Both the position numbers and the translations under genes were made by a program. Positions 29,215 through 39,677 of a stretch of 64,000 nt of DNA are shown piece by piece. Numbering within the stretch: the stretch's first letter is position 1; each line of letters starts with the position of its first letter. Source of the stretch: a virus; the IMG/VR virus record IMGVR_UViG_3300032431_000008, positions 74 to 64,073 of that record; one strand, written 5' to 3'. The notes under the pieces are model-generated. The model was given only the letters and a program-made list of their open reading frames with translations, ran no database searches and was not told where the DNA came from.

Positions 29215-32200
29215 ATGGCATCCATCGTCCCCTTTTTTGATGTTGAGCAATCTCCCGAGTGGCAAGGTGGGGACATTGATCGTAAGCGCGAGATACTTAA
29301 ATCGTGGTATGCCTACAACAGTGATATTGTTAAGGGCGATAGCGAGCTAGAGGACATGCTACAAACTACGGCTAACAAGCTGGTTGTGGAACAGGACATT
29401 GGGGCAACTGGTTGGGAGAGTGTAGGGGATGCAGCAAGGACGATTGTGCCCGCTATTGGCGGCACGGTTCTAGGCGGTCTTGTGGCAGCGAGCACGCTAG
29501 GTATTGGCGCGGGTGCTGTTCCGGTCGGTGCGGTAGCCGGTGGCATCTTAGGCGAGACATTGCAACAGAGGGCGGCAATGGAACGAGGCACGCAATTTGG
29601 TGGTGCTCCGCTTGCTGCGCTGGCCTTTGGTGCGGCCAATGCTGTTCCCGGTGGCAGTTTTGCCGGACGTGCGTTAAGGCCGCTGGTTAAAGAGGCAGGG
29701 AAGACGGCGGCGAAGTTTGCCGTGCTTGGCGCTGGCGGTAATGCTATCGAGCAACAAGAGCTTAGGGGCGAGATTAACCCGACTGAGGTTGCTATGGCCG
29801 GTGCGCTTACAGGTGTGGGCGGCGGTCTGTTGGATGGCGGCGTGATGCTTGGTCAACGGGTGCTCCGAGGCCGTGCCCAAGGCGGAATGCCGGTTGTTGA
29901 TTTGGCGGCTATGTCTCCCGACGACTTGACTACGGATTCGCTGGCGCGGGTGACTGACTTTAAAGCGGAAGAAGCTTTATCACGGGACGCACAGATGGCG
30001 GCGGCAAGGGCTGGCAGGCGGGAAGAGGATGCGTTTGCCATGGCGGAGGCGCGGCTGTCCGATGACTTGGCCGCTGGGGACTTTGACGCACGGGTTGCGA
30101 TGGACGATGCGGTTCCGGTTGTTGAGGAGCCGCCTATTGAGGCAACGCTTTCGATCATGGATGAGACGCCTGTTGAGGCTTTGCCTGCTGCGGCCAATCC
30201 TGCGGCGGCACAAATGCCTGAGTTCACCCCGTCGCTGGTGGCACAGGCTGACGCTGCACAAGGCGGGTCAATGGAAGCGGTGAACGCAGCGGCCAATCAA
30301 ATGTCGGGTGCTACTCCGGTGGCTAGGGAAGGTGCGCGTGGCGATCAGTTCCTTGCTGGTGTAAGACAGGGACAGGCGGATGAGGCAATTACTCCGGTGG
30401 ATGATTTCACGTCAAGGAACGTAGGCGGGGCGGTGGATGGCGAGGTGGTTCCTGTCATGGACGAGGCTGCGGCGATGGGCAGGCCATTGGTTGAGCCGGT
30501 GGTGGAAGAGTTTGATTCGGCTGGTTCCATGCTACGTGGTGTTGCGCCAACGACCGAGCGCGTAAAGTGGCAGAATCTCAACAAGCTGGTTAAAGAAGGG
30601 GAAGAGCAATTCACCAAAGCGACCAAGGAGATTAAGGGCAATATCAGCAAGGCGGAGCGCAGGGTAAGGGAGGCCCAACAGGACGCGAACAAGGAGGCGT
30701 TACAGCTAGAGCTGGCCCAACGTCGCGCTGCGGTGGTGAATGAGCTGGGTGAGCCGGTGGACCGCAATGCGGCGCAGGCATTGGCAGACTATGAGAAGGC
30801 GCTGTCTATGTATGACCCTTCCACGAATGTTCGCGGGGATATTATCAACAGGTTCACGACTGGCCAATACGGCGGAAGGTTGTCCGGCGAGATGGACAAT
30901 GCGCTTGGAATAGAGGCGGAAGCCGTGAAGGTGCGCATTGAAAAGGCTGGCAAGATCGCCCTTAAGATGGCGGACAATGAGGCTGTCACGCCAGCGGAGC
31001 GGCAGTTCATGAATGACACGCTTACCGAGCGTGGGAAGGAGCGCCTTGTGGAGTATCAGCGTAAAGCAAAGGCTACCGTGGGCGGTAAGGTGTTAAATGA
31101 AAGCTCCGGGGTTGAGCCTGCTGACGAATTGCTTGAAGGGTTTAACGAAAGCTTTGAGATATTAGGCGACGAAGATACTAACGGGGCTTTGCAGGCAATC
31201 ACCGATGCGTTTAACCGGGGAGCCGAGAAGCCACCGGCCTTTGTCTATCCCGAGTATGACAAGGAGAGCGTGCGTGTGCGTATGAGTGCGGCTGAGCGTG
31301 CGCCGGACAAGGTGCGGCAGGCTAGGCGGGCTGAGCGACTGGCCAAGCAACTGAGCGATGCGGAGGTGGCCAAGGGCGGGGCGATGGGTATTCGTAGCGG
31401 AGCATTGCCGTCCGCTGGCGAGCCATTGCTGGGCGGTGTGGCAGGGTTCTTGTCCACGACGCAGGACGAGGGGGAGAGTGATGAGGAGTTCGCGGAACGC
31501 CGGTTAAACAACGCCTTGCTTGGCATGGGCGTGGCTACGCTGGGCGCGGCGGGGATTCGCCGCTTGGCTAAGGCTATGGGCGTGGAGCCTATGGGGATGG
31601 ACCTGGAGAAGCTGGGCGCGGCTGTCCAAAAACCCGCCAAGAAGCGGACTAGGGCTGAGCTGATGGCGGAGTATATTGCTCTTAACGAGGCGGCTGCGGC
31701 TGCGCAGAAGGGGACGATCTTTGAGAACATGAGCGCGGGCGTGGCGGCTGCTGCTGCGGCTGGGCCGGTGCCGGGGTTTGACGTTAAGGCGGCGGTGGCA
31801 GCGCGGGAGCAGGCAAGGAAAGTGGCGCGGCTAGGGGAAAGAGCTGGTGAAACATTCATGGACAAGGTGAGCCGTAAACCGTTGGAAGTGGGGACTGCGC
31901 TTGAGCGAACCTTCTCTTCATCTACGGACAAGATCATGCGCCGCCTGGAGAAGACCTTTAACAACACTAATTACGATTTCAATTACTTCCGCGCCAAGCT
32001 GAACAACTTCGGGAAGAACCATGCCAAGGGAGCGGAGTCGTTTATTGATAACGAGCTTCTTCCGCTTAGCTCGGTAGATGGAACTACTGTGGGCGAGTCA
32101 AGTATCATGAACTTCCTTCGCACGCCTTTCTTTGGTGAGTCTGAGCTTATGATTCGGGCTAAGGCGCAAGGTGTAACCCCCGCTCAATATGGCGCGAACT

Positions 32201-34740
32201 TGGACACGTTGCTTGAAGCAAAGCTGGCGAAGAATCTCTATGGCCGTGGCTATACTGCTGACGAGGTGGGCAACTTGATGACTGAGGCGGAAGCGGATGC
32301 GTTCATTGGTGCGTTCGGCAAGGATTACGAGGCGTCTGCCAGATTTATCAATGATGGCTATAAGCGATTACTGGATAAGAAGGTGGAGAATGGAATGCTG
32401 AGCAAAGAGGATGCCGATTTCTGGACCAAGCTTTCCCCTGATTACGTGCCCTACAACCGCATATTCAGTGAGGACGAGCTGACGGACATGGGCAGCGGGT
32501 TTGCCCGTGGCGGCAATGTCATTGGCTCGCTGAGCAAGGCTGGGTTATTTCCAAAGCGCGAGGGTAGTAGCCGTATGGTTGCGTCTCCGATTGATGGGCT
32601 GTTCACCCATGCTGCAACTACGTTCTCGCAAATGGGCAAGAACATCGCGGCTAAATCTATGGCCGATGCGCTTTACATGGCGAGCAAGATTGACAACAGC
32701 ATCGTCTCCAAGCCTTTGTTTCGTGTGAGCGCGCAGGACACTGCGCTCTACGCCAAGGGGACCGTCTTTGATTTAGGCGATGGCAAGTTTCAGTTAATGG
32801 GCGAGGGGAATGTCCCCGTGAAGGACATAGATGGGCTGTCGGTATTCCTCGATAAGAGTCAGGTAAGGGAAACGTCCGAGGGTAATTTCGTGGGCGACGG
32901 CAAGATCATTAACAGTGGTGATGCAACGGGTGAGCATGTGCTTACCTACATGGAAGACGGCAATCAGCTAAAGATGGTAGTGAGCAAAGAGGTGGAAGAT
33001 GCCATGAAGGGGCTGGGCGTGGCGGGAGTGGGGATATTGGGCAGGCTCATGCGGATTCCCACCTCGATTTCTCGGGCGGGCTTTGTTGGTTTGAGTGCCC
33101 CCTTTGCGGCCATGAACGTATTCGTGGATACCACGACCTCCATTATCAACACCAAGGGATACAGTGGGCTCAATGACTTGGCAGGTGGCTATGCGAAGTC
33201 CTTGACTACGGCCCTAAGCGGCTTTGGTGGGACGGATAATGAGCTGCGTGAGCTGTATCGCCGGACGCAAAGCAACTTCTTCCAGAAGGATATTCTGCGG
33301 GATGCCTCTAAGGACCGTCCTAATTTCAGCAAGCTCATCAAGCCGGTGACTACCATTGATTGGAATACCCCCATGGATATTTTCAAGAAGATGGAAGATT
33401 TCGTGGGCGTGTCAGAGGAGATTACCCGTCTCAAGATTTTCCAACTGGAGGCAAATCAGTTGGCGCAGGAAGCCTTGGCCAAGGGTGCCAAGATTCAGTT
33501 CGACCCCAAGACGCGGGTATGGACCGGCGAGGATGACGCGATTACCCGGATCTACACCATTGCCGGTGAGCAGTCCATGGAGAGAACGGCCAACTACATC
33601 AACCGTGGCAACTGGTCAACGGGCATGAATAGCGTGTTTTTGTTTTTCCATGCCAATGTGGCAGGCACACGCGCCAACGTCAGGGCGGCACGTAGAGATC
33701 CCATGGCGTGGGCGATTAAGGTATTGGGCGGTGTGGGCGGTGGGCTGGCAGCAGCGACCTACTACAACCTGTCCAGTCCTGAGCGGGCCGAGGTTTATAC
33801 CAACATCCCGGAGTCTGACCGGCAGAATAACTTGCTCTTAGTGGCTCCCAATGGCGAGCGTGACGACGAGGGGAATCCCTTGGTCCTCCGCATCAAGCTT
33901 CCCCCAGGTATTGGCCGCGTGGCGCAGACGGTGCGGCGGGCGGTTGAGGGGGCTTACGGGTTTGGTCAAGAGACTGGAACCATGGATTACTTCACGAAAG
34001 CCGGGGCGGATCTCTTGGCCTTCGGCGTGCCGCTTGGCGACAGTGGCGCATCTACACTGGTGCCGCAAGGACTCAAGCCTCTGGTCGAGGCGAGCGATAC
34101 GTTTAACCGGAACCTGTTCAGTGGCCAGCAAGTGGTGAGCCGCCAGCTACAAGACCTGCCAAGCGAGGATCAGTTTGACTCGCGCACGTCCTTGACGGCA
34201 AGGGCCGTGGGCAGGGCGCTTGGGGTAAGCCCGGTGAAGCTGGACTACATTGGCAAGGGCTATGCCGGTGGTTTATTTGAGCAGGCTATTCAGCTTTCAG
34301 ACAAGGCCGTGGCTGCGGTCACTGGACAGGATGCGGCAGACGGCAAGGGGCGTGGGGTTTTGACGCAGGTGGTTCAACGGTTCACCAAGGGACAGCAGGG
34401 TGAGCAGTTGAATCGGTTCTACGCCAAGATGGACGCGGCCACCGAGACCAAGAAAGGGCTGGACGTGGCGCTTGCCCGTGGAGACACGGCGCGGGCGGAT
34501 CAACTCTTAGAGGCGGGCATCCCCCAGCTAGTCAACTATGAGATTCTTACGGGAATCAGGACCAAGATCATGGATAACTACGGGCAAATCCGGCAGTTGG
34601 AGAATGTATCCATGGACCGTGCCGAGAAGGCTGAGCTGGTGCTGATGCTGCGTAACACGAATGCTGAGCTGGCGCGGATAGGCGTCACTATTACTGACAA
34701 GATGGAAGCGGACTTGGCTGCGCGGGAGGCGGGGCGGTAA
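29215..34740 (+). CDS. Large ejection protein with an LPD38-like C-terminal region
   Basis: About 1840 aa; YTNIPESDRQNNLLL...LRIKLP pattern; end of the structural operon. Confidence 0.65.
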   Translation: MASIVPFFDVEQSPEWQGGDIDRKREILKSWYAYNSDIVKGDSELEDMLQTTANKLVVEQDIGATGWESVGDAARTIVPAIGGTVLGGLVAASTLGIGAGAVPVGAVAGGILGETLQQRAAMERGTQFGGAPLAALAFGAANAVPGGSFAGRALRPLVKEAGKTAAKFAVLGAGGNAIEQQELRGEINPTEVAMAGALTGVGGGLLDGGVMLGQRVLRGRAQGGMPVVDLAAMSPDDLTTDSLARVTDFKAEEALSRDAQMAAARAGRREEDAFAMAEARLSDDLAAGDFDARVAMDDAVPVVEEPPIEATLSIMDETPVEALPAAANPAAAQMPEFTPSLVAQADAAQGGSMEAVNAAANQMSGATPVAREGARGDQFLAGVRQGQADEAITPVDDFTSRNVGGAVDGEVVPVMDEAAAMGRPLVEPVVEEFDSAGSMLRGVAPTTERVKWQNLNKLVKEGEEQFTKATKEIKGNISKAERRVREAQQDANKEALQLELAQRRAAVVNELGEPVDRNAAQALADYEKALSMYDPSTNVRGDIINRFTTGQYGGRLSGEMDNALGIEAEAVKVRIEKAGKIALKMADNEAVTPAERQFMNDTLTERGKERLVEYQRKAKATVGGKVLNESSGVEPADELLEGFNESFEILGDEDTNGALQAITDAFNRGAEKPPAFVYPEYDKESVRVRMSAAERAPDKVRQARRAERLAKQLSDAEVAKGGAMGIRSGALPSAGEPLLGGVAGFLSTTQDEGESDEEFAERRLNNALLGMGVATLGAAGIRRLAKAMGVEPMGMDLEKLGAAVQKPAKKRTRAELMAEYIALNEAAAAAQKGTIFENMSAGVAAAAAAGPVPGFDVKAAVAAREQARKVARLGERAGETFMDKVSRKPLEVGTALERTFSSSTDKIMRRLEKTFNNTNYDFNYFRAKLNNFGKNHAKGAESFIDNELLPLSSVDGTTVGESSIMNFLRTPFFGESELMIRAKAQGVTPAQYGANLDTLLEAKLAKNLYGRGYTADEVGNLMTEAEADAFIGAFGKDYEASARFINDGYKRLLDKKVENGMLSKEDADFWTKLSPDYVPYNRIFSEDELTDMGSGFARGGNVIGSLSKAGLFPKREGSSRMVASPIDGLFTHAATTFSQMGKNIAAKSMADALYMASKIDNSIVSKPLFRVSAQDTALYAKGTVFDLGDGKFQLMGEGNVPVKDIDGLSVFLDKSQVRETSEGNFVGDGKIINSGDATGEHVLTYMEDGNQLKMVVSKEVEDAMKGLGVAGVGILGRLMRIPTSISRAGFVGLSAPFAAMNVFVDTTTSIINTKGYSGLNDLAGGYAKSLTTALSGFGGTDNELRELYRRTQSNFFQKDILRDASKDRPNFSKLIKPVTTIDWNTPMDIFKKMEDFVGVSEEITRLKIFQLEANQLAQEALAKGAKIQFDPKTRVWTGEDDAITRIYTIAGEQSMERTANYINRGNWSTGMNSVFLFFHANVAGTRANVRAARRDPMAWAIKVLGGVGGGLAAATYYNLSSPERAEVYTNIPESDRQNNLLLVAPNGERDDEGNPLVLRIKLPPGIGRVAQTVRRAVEGAYGFGQETGTMDYFTKAGADLLAFGVPLGDSGASTLVPQGLKPLVEASDTFNRNLFSGQQVVSRQLQDLPSEDQFDSRTSLTARAVGRALGVSPVKLDYIGKGYAGGLFEQAIQLSDKAVAAVTGQDAADGKGRGVLTQVVQRFTKGQQGEQLNRFYAKMDAATETKKGLDVALARGDTARADQLLEAGIPQLVNYEILTGIRTKIMDNYGQIRQLENVSMDRAEKAELVLMLRNTNAELARIGVTITDKMEADLAAREAGR

Positions 34741-34888
34741 GGTGGGGATTAGGCTTGCCCCTTTTTAGCGAAGTGGTGAGTTTGGCCTTACCCCTTCGGC
34801 ATGGGAATAAAGCCGCCTTGTATCGGGTCGCACCGAGCCGTCTAGCAATGTCGATAAACTGCCTCGCCGTGGAGCGTCACGGATACTT

Positions 34889-35176
34889 TCACGGGGCAGT
34901 AATGGCAGGCGGTGGGATAAGAAGAGCACCGCGTAAGGCGTAGATGATCGCCTCGCGCAGCGTAGTTCGCTCCCGCATCTGCCCGCCTGTCGCATGAATC
35001 CCATCGGGTCTGATTACGAGAAATGTCCACGGGCACAATGGGTGGTCTCGCTCGATTGCGAATTGGTGGTCTCGGTAGCTGCCATAAAATCCGTGCTCCC
35101 ATTGTTCCGTGCATCTCAACCTGGGAGCCGAACTAGCGTGCGCAGCACAAGCAGGTTTAGTTTTGGTAGTTGTCAT
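34889..35176 (-). CDS. Hypothetical protein (MTTTKTKP...)
   Basis: Start refined within the track ORF. Confidence 0.5.
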   Translation of the reverse strand: MTTTKTKPACAAHASSAPRLRCTEQWEHGFYGSYRDHQFAIERDHPLCPWTFLVIRPDGIHATGGQMRERTTLREAIIYALRGALLIPPPAITAP

Positions 35177-35180
35177 GTGA

Positions 35181-35447
35181 TTACTCAAAGTGAATGCGGA
35201 TGTAATCCCCGTCCCAACCTGGGATTGGGCATGGGCCAAGGTCAATTAGGGTAATGGCGTATTCTGCGGTGGTCTTGGTGTAGCCCCGCGAAAACCGGAC
35301 CTGCTTAAGTTGCTCCCGGATGTTGTAGATTTGCCCCATCCAGCGGGGTGTAATGGCGCGGTATTCGATGCGCTTGCCACCTGTCAAGGTTTGGTCAAAC
35401 CAGTGGAAGGTGAGTGACAGGCAGAGTAGCGATGGGTCGATTTTCAC
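35181..35447 (-). CDS. ASCH/PUA-like domain protein
   Basis: LTFHWFDQTLTGGKRIEYR...W; VRFSRGY. Confidence 0.75.
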   Translation of the reverse strand: MKIDPSLLCLSLTFHWFDQTLTGGKRIEYRAITPRWMGQIYNIREQLKQVRFSRGYTKTTAEYAITLIDLGPCPIPGWDGDYIRIHFE

Positions 35448-35680
35448 TTGAGTATTGTAAGCAAAGCCTCGAAAGCGTCTTTGTCGCTGTTGATTCCGCT
35501 TTTTTTGCTGATGTATTTGCGAATGCGCCCGCTTTCGCGCGATCTGAGGAATCGGATTATCTGGGTGTTGTTGAAGATGGCGTGCATTGCGGCTGCTTGC
35601 TCTTTCGTTTCGATCAGGAGTGGCAGGGTGAAAGGCTTGAAAGCCTTTGGTGCGGTTGGATAGGATGAGTCAATTTTCAT
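35444..35680 (-). CDS. Hypothetical protein
   Basis: Start refined; overlaps both neighbours by 4 nt. Confidence 0.55.
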   Translation of the reverse strand: MKIDSSYPTAPKAFKPFTLPLLIETKEQAAAMHAIFNNTQIIRFLRSRESGRIRKYISKKSGINSDKDAFEALLTILK

Positions 35681-36132
35681 GGGTGTGTTGGTTGAGCTTG
35701 TTTCAGTTCCAAAATCTTCTGTTCGCAAAGAGCATCGGCAGTCTCGTTGTCCTTGTCGCCTGCGTGTCCTTTGACCCACACTGGTTTAACCGTGTGGGTT
35801 TTTAACTGTTCCCACAAGCGATGAACCAAGTCCATGTTCTTTCCTTTGCGCTCCCACTTCATCCGCTTCTTGGTAGAGTGGCCCATGTAGCCCGCGCAGA
35901 TGGCATGAATGGCGATTTGCGAGTCAGTCCTGAGCATTACCATGCACGGCTCCCGAAGTGCCTCTAAAGCCTCGCAAATGGCAGTTAGCTCCATGCGGTT
36001 ATTGGTGGTCGTTTCTGCTGACGCTCCCGCGATGGTCTTGCAGGCGTTGCCATAGCGCAAGATTGCGGCCCATGCCCCTTGTCCGGGGTTTGGTTCGCAC
36101 CCGCCGTCTGTGGTTATCGTTATGTTCTTCAT
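35677..36132 (-). CDS. rnhA: Ribonuclease HI
   Basis: TDGGCEPNPG, TTNNRMEL, TDSQ, WVKGHAG..DNETAD. Confidence 0.96.
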   Translation of the reverse strand: MKNITITTDGGCEPNPGQGAWAAILRYGNACKTIAGASAETTTNNRMELTAICEALEALREPCMVMLRTDSQIAIHAICAGYMGHSTKKRMKWERKGKNMDLVHRLWEQLKTHTVKPVWVKGHAGDKDNETADALCEQKILELKQAQPTHP

Positions 36133-36170
36133 TCGTTACCTGCAATGACTGCTGCGTTTAGCCTCCTCAT

Positions 36171-36226
36171 GGTCAACCAAGTAAGTAAATCAAACAAAGT
36201 AATTTTCCCCTGCTTACTTCCTTGCT
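36171..36226. promoter_or_regulatory. Divergent pair of upstream motifs
   Basis: Minus ACTTACTTGGTTGACC (36171-36186); plus CTTACTTCCTTGCT (36213-36226). Confidence 0.6.
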
Positions 36227-36275
36227 GGCATGGGGGAGGATGGCTTTGTTGGTGGGGTAAACCAAATTAAACCCA

Positions 36276-36911
36276 ATGACAAAAGAAACACTCGCAGCCC
36301 TGTTAAACGGGCGAGAATACGGTAGCGAAATAACCCAGGAGGAAGCTGCTGCTGCCAAAGCTGCGGGCCTCGTCGTGATCTTCGGATACTCCGATGACAA
36401 CATGGAGATTCGTGGCGCAATTTTCGACGAGTTATCTTGCTGTGACGGAATGGAATTTAAACTAAACCGCAATGGCCTTGCAATGGAATGGGTGCGGTGG
36501 GAAGATAAATGCGAAGGGGATGCTCGTGCGTATTTCGAGGATGAACGACTACCATCTGTGACGATATGTGCTATTTGGGGGTCAGATGGATACTCTTGGA
36601 CTTACGATGCTAAATTCCCCCACTCGACTTTTGACGTGATGGAAGACGGCGAGAAGTATTGTCGCGGCATCGTGTTTTCCTTGGCCGAGGTTTTGCCCTG
36701 CATTAGCGACTCCTGTGAACAAAACATGGCTATCGCCTACAAGGATGCTGTCAACGGTAAGCCAATGCCAGAAAAATACGTGGAAGAAAACGGACGTTTG
36801 CTTTTCGAGCTTGGCTACATTGCAGGCCAACAGGCCGCGCTCAAGGAAGTCCGCGCCACCCTGCGCTCCCCCGCTACCTCCCCTTTCTCGTCAAACACGA
36901 CGAGCAATTAA
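36276..36911 (+). CDS. Conserved phage hypothetical protein
   Basis: LAALLNGREY...GLVVIFGYSDD pattern. Confidence 0.75.
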   Translation: MTKETLAALLNGREYGSEITQEEAAAAKAAGLVVIFGYSDDNMEIRGAIFDELSCCDGMEFKLNRNGLAMEWVRWEDKCEGDARAYFEDERLPSVTICAIWGSDGYSWTYDAKFPHSTFDVMEDGEKYCRGIVFSLAEVLPCISDSCEQNMAIAYKDAVNGKPMPEKYVEENGRLLFELGYIAGQQAALKEVRATLRSPATSPFSSNTTSN

Positions 36912-36932
36912 CAAAATAGACACAATACAACA

Positions 36933-37580
36933 ATGAGCTTAATCGCAAAAGATAGTGGAGGCGGAACAGACTTCGCCCCAATTCCGGCAGGCATGCATCA
37001 CGCAGTCTGCTATTCCGTGGTAGATATTGGAACACAGCCGCAAGTGGGGACGTTCCCGGCGCGGCGCCAGATCGTCATTACGTGGGAGATTCCTGCGGAG
37101 ACTATCGAGATGGGAAAGGACGGCAAGAAGGTGATGCTGCCCCGCGCTGTAAGCTCACGCTTCACCCTGTCCTTGGCCAGCAAGGGCAATCTACGCCCCA
37201 TGTTGGAGTCGTGGCGCGGGCGGGCCTTCACGCCGGAGGAGCTGGCTGGGTTTGACCTTAAGAGCCTGGTAGGGGCCAACTGCCTTATCAACATTATCCA
37301 CGAAAAGGGTAAGGGCGAAAATGCGCACAAGGTTTACGGCAATGTGGCGAGTGTCAGCCCGTTAATGAAGGGGACGCCCAAGCTTACCCCACTTAACCTC
37401 AAGGTTCTGTTCTCCTTGGACGAGTTTAACGGGACGATCTCGGATGACATTCCAGATTGGGTGGTGAAGTTGATTAACAACAGCAAGGAATACCTTGCCT
37501 ACGGTCAGCCTGCGGCAGCTAAAGGCGGGACTGCGCCTGCTGGTGATGCACCGGCAGACGACGGCGATGTTCCTTTTTGA
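36933..37580 (+). CDS. Probable ssDNA-binding protein (NGO0469-like)
   Basis: DFAPIPAG.HHAVC..VVDIGTQ; acidic tail DDGDVPF. Confidence 0.75.
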   Translation: MSLIAKDSGGGTDFAPIPAGMHHAVCYSVVDIGTQPQVGTFPARRQIVITWEIPAETIEMGKDGKKVMLPRAVSSRFTLSLASKGNLRPMLESWRGRAFTPEELAGFDLKSLVGANCLINIIHEKGKGENAHKVYGNVASVSPLMKGTPKLTPLNLKVLFSLDEFNGTISDDIPDWVVKLINNSKEYLAYGQPAAAKGGTAPAGDAPADDGDVPF

Positions 37581-37710
37581 GCACTAACAATTACTCCGCC
37601 TAGTTTGGTCGCTGGGCGGAGTTGGGTCGGGCCGTGGTGGTCCAGGCGACACCTGCCTAATGTGGTGATGACTTTTCGGTGGAGAGTAACCGTTCAATTT
37701 TTACAAAACC

Positions 37711-37953
37711 ATGATACATTTATTACAATCATTTGCAGGCGGATTATGTTTCGCCTTTGGTGCCTTCGTAGGCATCGGTGTTGCTGGCCTGCTGGTTGGG
37801 CGTCGGGATAAAGCGCGTGATGCTTTTTACCAAAACGAGTTCATGAATCTTAACAAGAAGATTGAGCAACGTCTTGGTAAGCAGGTGGAAGCCTTAGAAG
37901 TAATTGCTAAAGCCGCTTCGGCGAAGAATACCAATGAAACGAAAACTGAATAA
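37711..37953 (+). CDS. Small membrane protein
   Basis: N-terminal TM helix. Confidence 0.55.
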   Translation: MIHLLQSFAGGLCFAFGAFVGIGVAGLLVGRRDKARDAFYQNEFMNLNKKIEQRLGKQVEALEVIAKAASAKNTNETKTE

Positions 37954-38236
37954 ACAATTGCATCAACTGACTGGTGATGTGACTGCACTAACCGGCAACG
38001 TGCGCGAATTGGTTGGCTACGTGGACGGCCTTTATGGAAACGCTACTGGACTCCAAGGCGATGTAACTGGATTGAGCGGAGACGCTAGCCAACTTTACGG
38101 CGACGTAACTAGACTGACTGGCGATGTAACGGGATTGAGGGGCAATGCGACCGGCTTCTTTGGCAACGTAGACGACTGCAAGTTATCGAGAAAAGACCGT
38201 TCCAACTGCATTAACATACAGGATCTAATCGCATGA
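37934..38236 (+). CDS. 7-residue-repeat (L.GDVTG) protein
   Basis: About 8 tandem heptads in the translation. Confidence 0.65.
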   Translation: MKRKLNKQLHQLTGDVTALTGNVRELVGYVDGLYGNATGLQGDVTGLSGDASQLYGDVTRLTGDVTGLRGNATGFFGNVDDCKLSRKDRSNCINIQDLIA

Positions 38237-39066
38237 GCAAAACTGATGTAAGCCATTTCTACCGGCTGTTACCCACGGGTAAAGTCGAGTCCGCCTACGG
38301 TGCTTCGATCAAGGAAGCACGGGCAGGCGGATTATTCGCCTCGGCAACCATGGCCCTTAAGATGGTGGCCAATGTCGGGTTGGACATTTGGATCAGAGCA
38401 AACCTGTTGGACGCGATGGTGAACAACCCGCGCAATCCTGCGATGGAAAGTATCGAGGACTACAAGCAACGCATAGATGAGCTAAGCGAGGTTAAACGCA
38501 CCAACGCTGCTGAGTTCGGCACGGCCCTACACAACGCCCTAGAGCACTACCCGCTGCCCTGCCAGGACGACAAGGTGGCCCTTCACTACGCAGCCTGCGT
38601 CCCTTGGTTAAAAGCCAACGTGGCAAGCGTGATTGGCAGTGAGCTTATGCTGGCAGATGAACAGATAGGCTTTGCGGGCAAGACGGACTTGGTGTTTTTC
38701 GACAATGCAGGGGTGCCCTTCATCGTGGACTTTAAGACTACCGGCTTTAAGAAAACCAAGACTGGCAAGTGGGCTAAGCCTGCGTTTTACCAGTCATGGG
38801 TAAGACAGTTGGCGTTCTACGCCCGGTCCTACCAGAAGAAGTACGGCGGGCCATTGCCAAGGGTTATCTCGCTAGCCATTAACTCGGGTGAGCCATGCGA
38901 GCCGGTTGCGCGGTTCTGGACCGTGGAAGAGCAGGAGCAGGGCATGAACGAGTTCCTTTGCGCGGCCTACCTGTATTCCTGCGACCGGGACCATTGGCCT
39001 GCGGGTCTGTGGGAGTTGAAGGAGCAACGAGGTGGGTCCGTGTCAGTGGACGTGACAATCGTTTAA
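38233..39066 (+). CDS. PD-(D/E)XK exonuclease
   Basis: GTALHNALE, FAGKTDL, IVDFKT, QLAFY. Confidence 0.9.
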   Translation: MSKTDVSHFYRLLPTGKVESAYGASIKEARAGGLFASATMALKMVANVGLDIWIRANLLDAMVNNPRNPAMESIEDYKQRIDELSEVKRTNAAEFGTALHNALEHYPLPCQDDKVALHYAACVPWLKANVASVIGSELMLADEQIGFAGKTDLVFFDNAGVPFIVDFKTTGFKKTKTGKWAKPAFYQSWVRQLAFYARSYQKKYGGPLPRVISLAINSGEPCEPVARFWTVEEQEQGMNEFLCAAYLYSCDRDHWPAGLWELKEQRGGSVSVDVTIV

Positions 39067-39071
39067 CCGCC

Positions 39072-39371
39072 GTGCCTGCCCCATCCCTTATCCCTGCGCT
39101 CAAGATTGAGCAACCCTATGACTCCGCTACGCGCTGGCTGATACCTAGCAAGAGCGAGGGCGGGGCTGCTTACTTGGTTGACCTAGCTGAAAATGAGGGG
39201 TGGGGTTCATGTCAATGTATGTGGTGCCAAACTTCCTACGCCCCGCTCTTAAAGAAGGGGGTGGTGCCTATCAGGACGTGCTCGCATATCACCGATGCGC
39301 GGAAGAAGTTCGCGCTGTGGGCAGTGAACGCCTTCGACAAGCAGGATAAGAATAATCGTGAGCAGGACTAG
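39072..39371 (+). CDS. SWIM-like zinc finger protein
   Basis: YLVDL...SCQCMWC...CSHI. Confidence 0.65.
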   Translation: MPAPSLIPALKIEQPYDSATRWLIPSKSEGGAAYLVDLAENEGWGSCQCMWCQTSYAPLLKKGVVPIRTCSHITDARKKFALWAVNAFDKQDKNNREQD

Positions 39372-39409
39372 ACAAGAATTTCTGTCAGTAACCTAAAACA
39401 AAACCAACA

Positions 39410-39616
39410 ATGAAAACCATTATCGACGGCTCTACGCTCCTCGTTCTCGTATTATTCCAAGTCACGCTTGCAATCTGCATGGTGACTGCATGGTGTGTTA
39501 ACTTCTTCAAGCTCACGCAATGTGACTTCCAAGCCCCGTATAAGGGCGAGGCTATCCACGCAGTGGGGATTATCCCGCCGTTCGCGTTGGTGACGGTATG
39601 GTTCAACGCAAAGTAA
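39410..39616 (+). CDS. Small membrane protein
   Basis: Two hydrophobic segments; CDFQAPYKGEAIH. Confidence 0.7.
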   Translation: MKTIIDGSTLLVLVLFQVTLAICMVTAWCVNFFKLTQCDFQAPYKGEAIHAVGIIPPFALVTVWFNAK

Positions 39617-39619
39617 GCC

Positions 39620-39677
39620 ATGAACCCAAACGAAAAACCTGCCGCTGAAATGGCTTCTCTGCATCGCCTGGTTAGCG
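39620..39677 (-). mobile_element. attC left half (R''-L''), truncated
   Basis: Minus strand CGCTAAC-CAGGC-GATGCAGA-GAAGCC; 54/56 identical to 39982-40037. Confidence 0.75.

Noticed and set aside
29215-34740. Tape measure protein or virion RNA polymerase
   Set aside because: No tail-tube/chaperone context for a long tail and no polymerase motifs seen; fits an ejection protein.
38233-39066. Cas4 as part of a CRISPR system
   Set aside because: Generic phage PD-(D/E)XK nuclease with no Fe-S cysteines, other cas genes or array.
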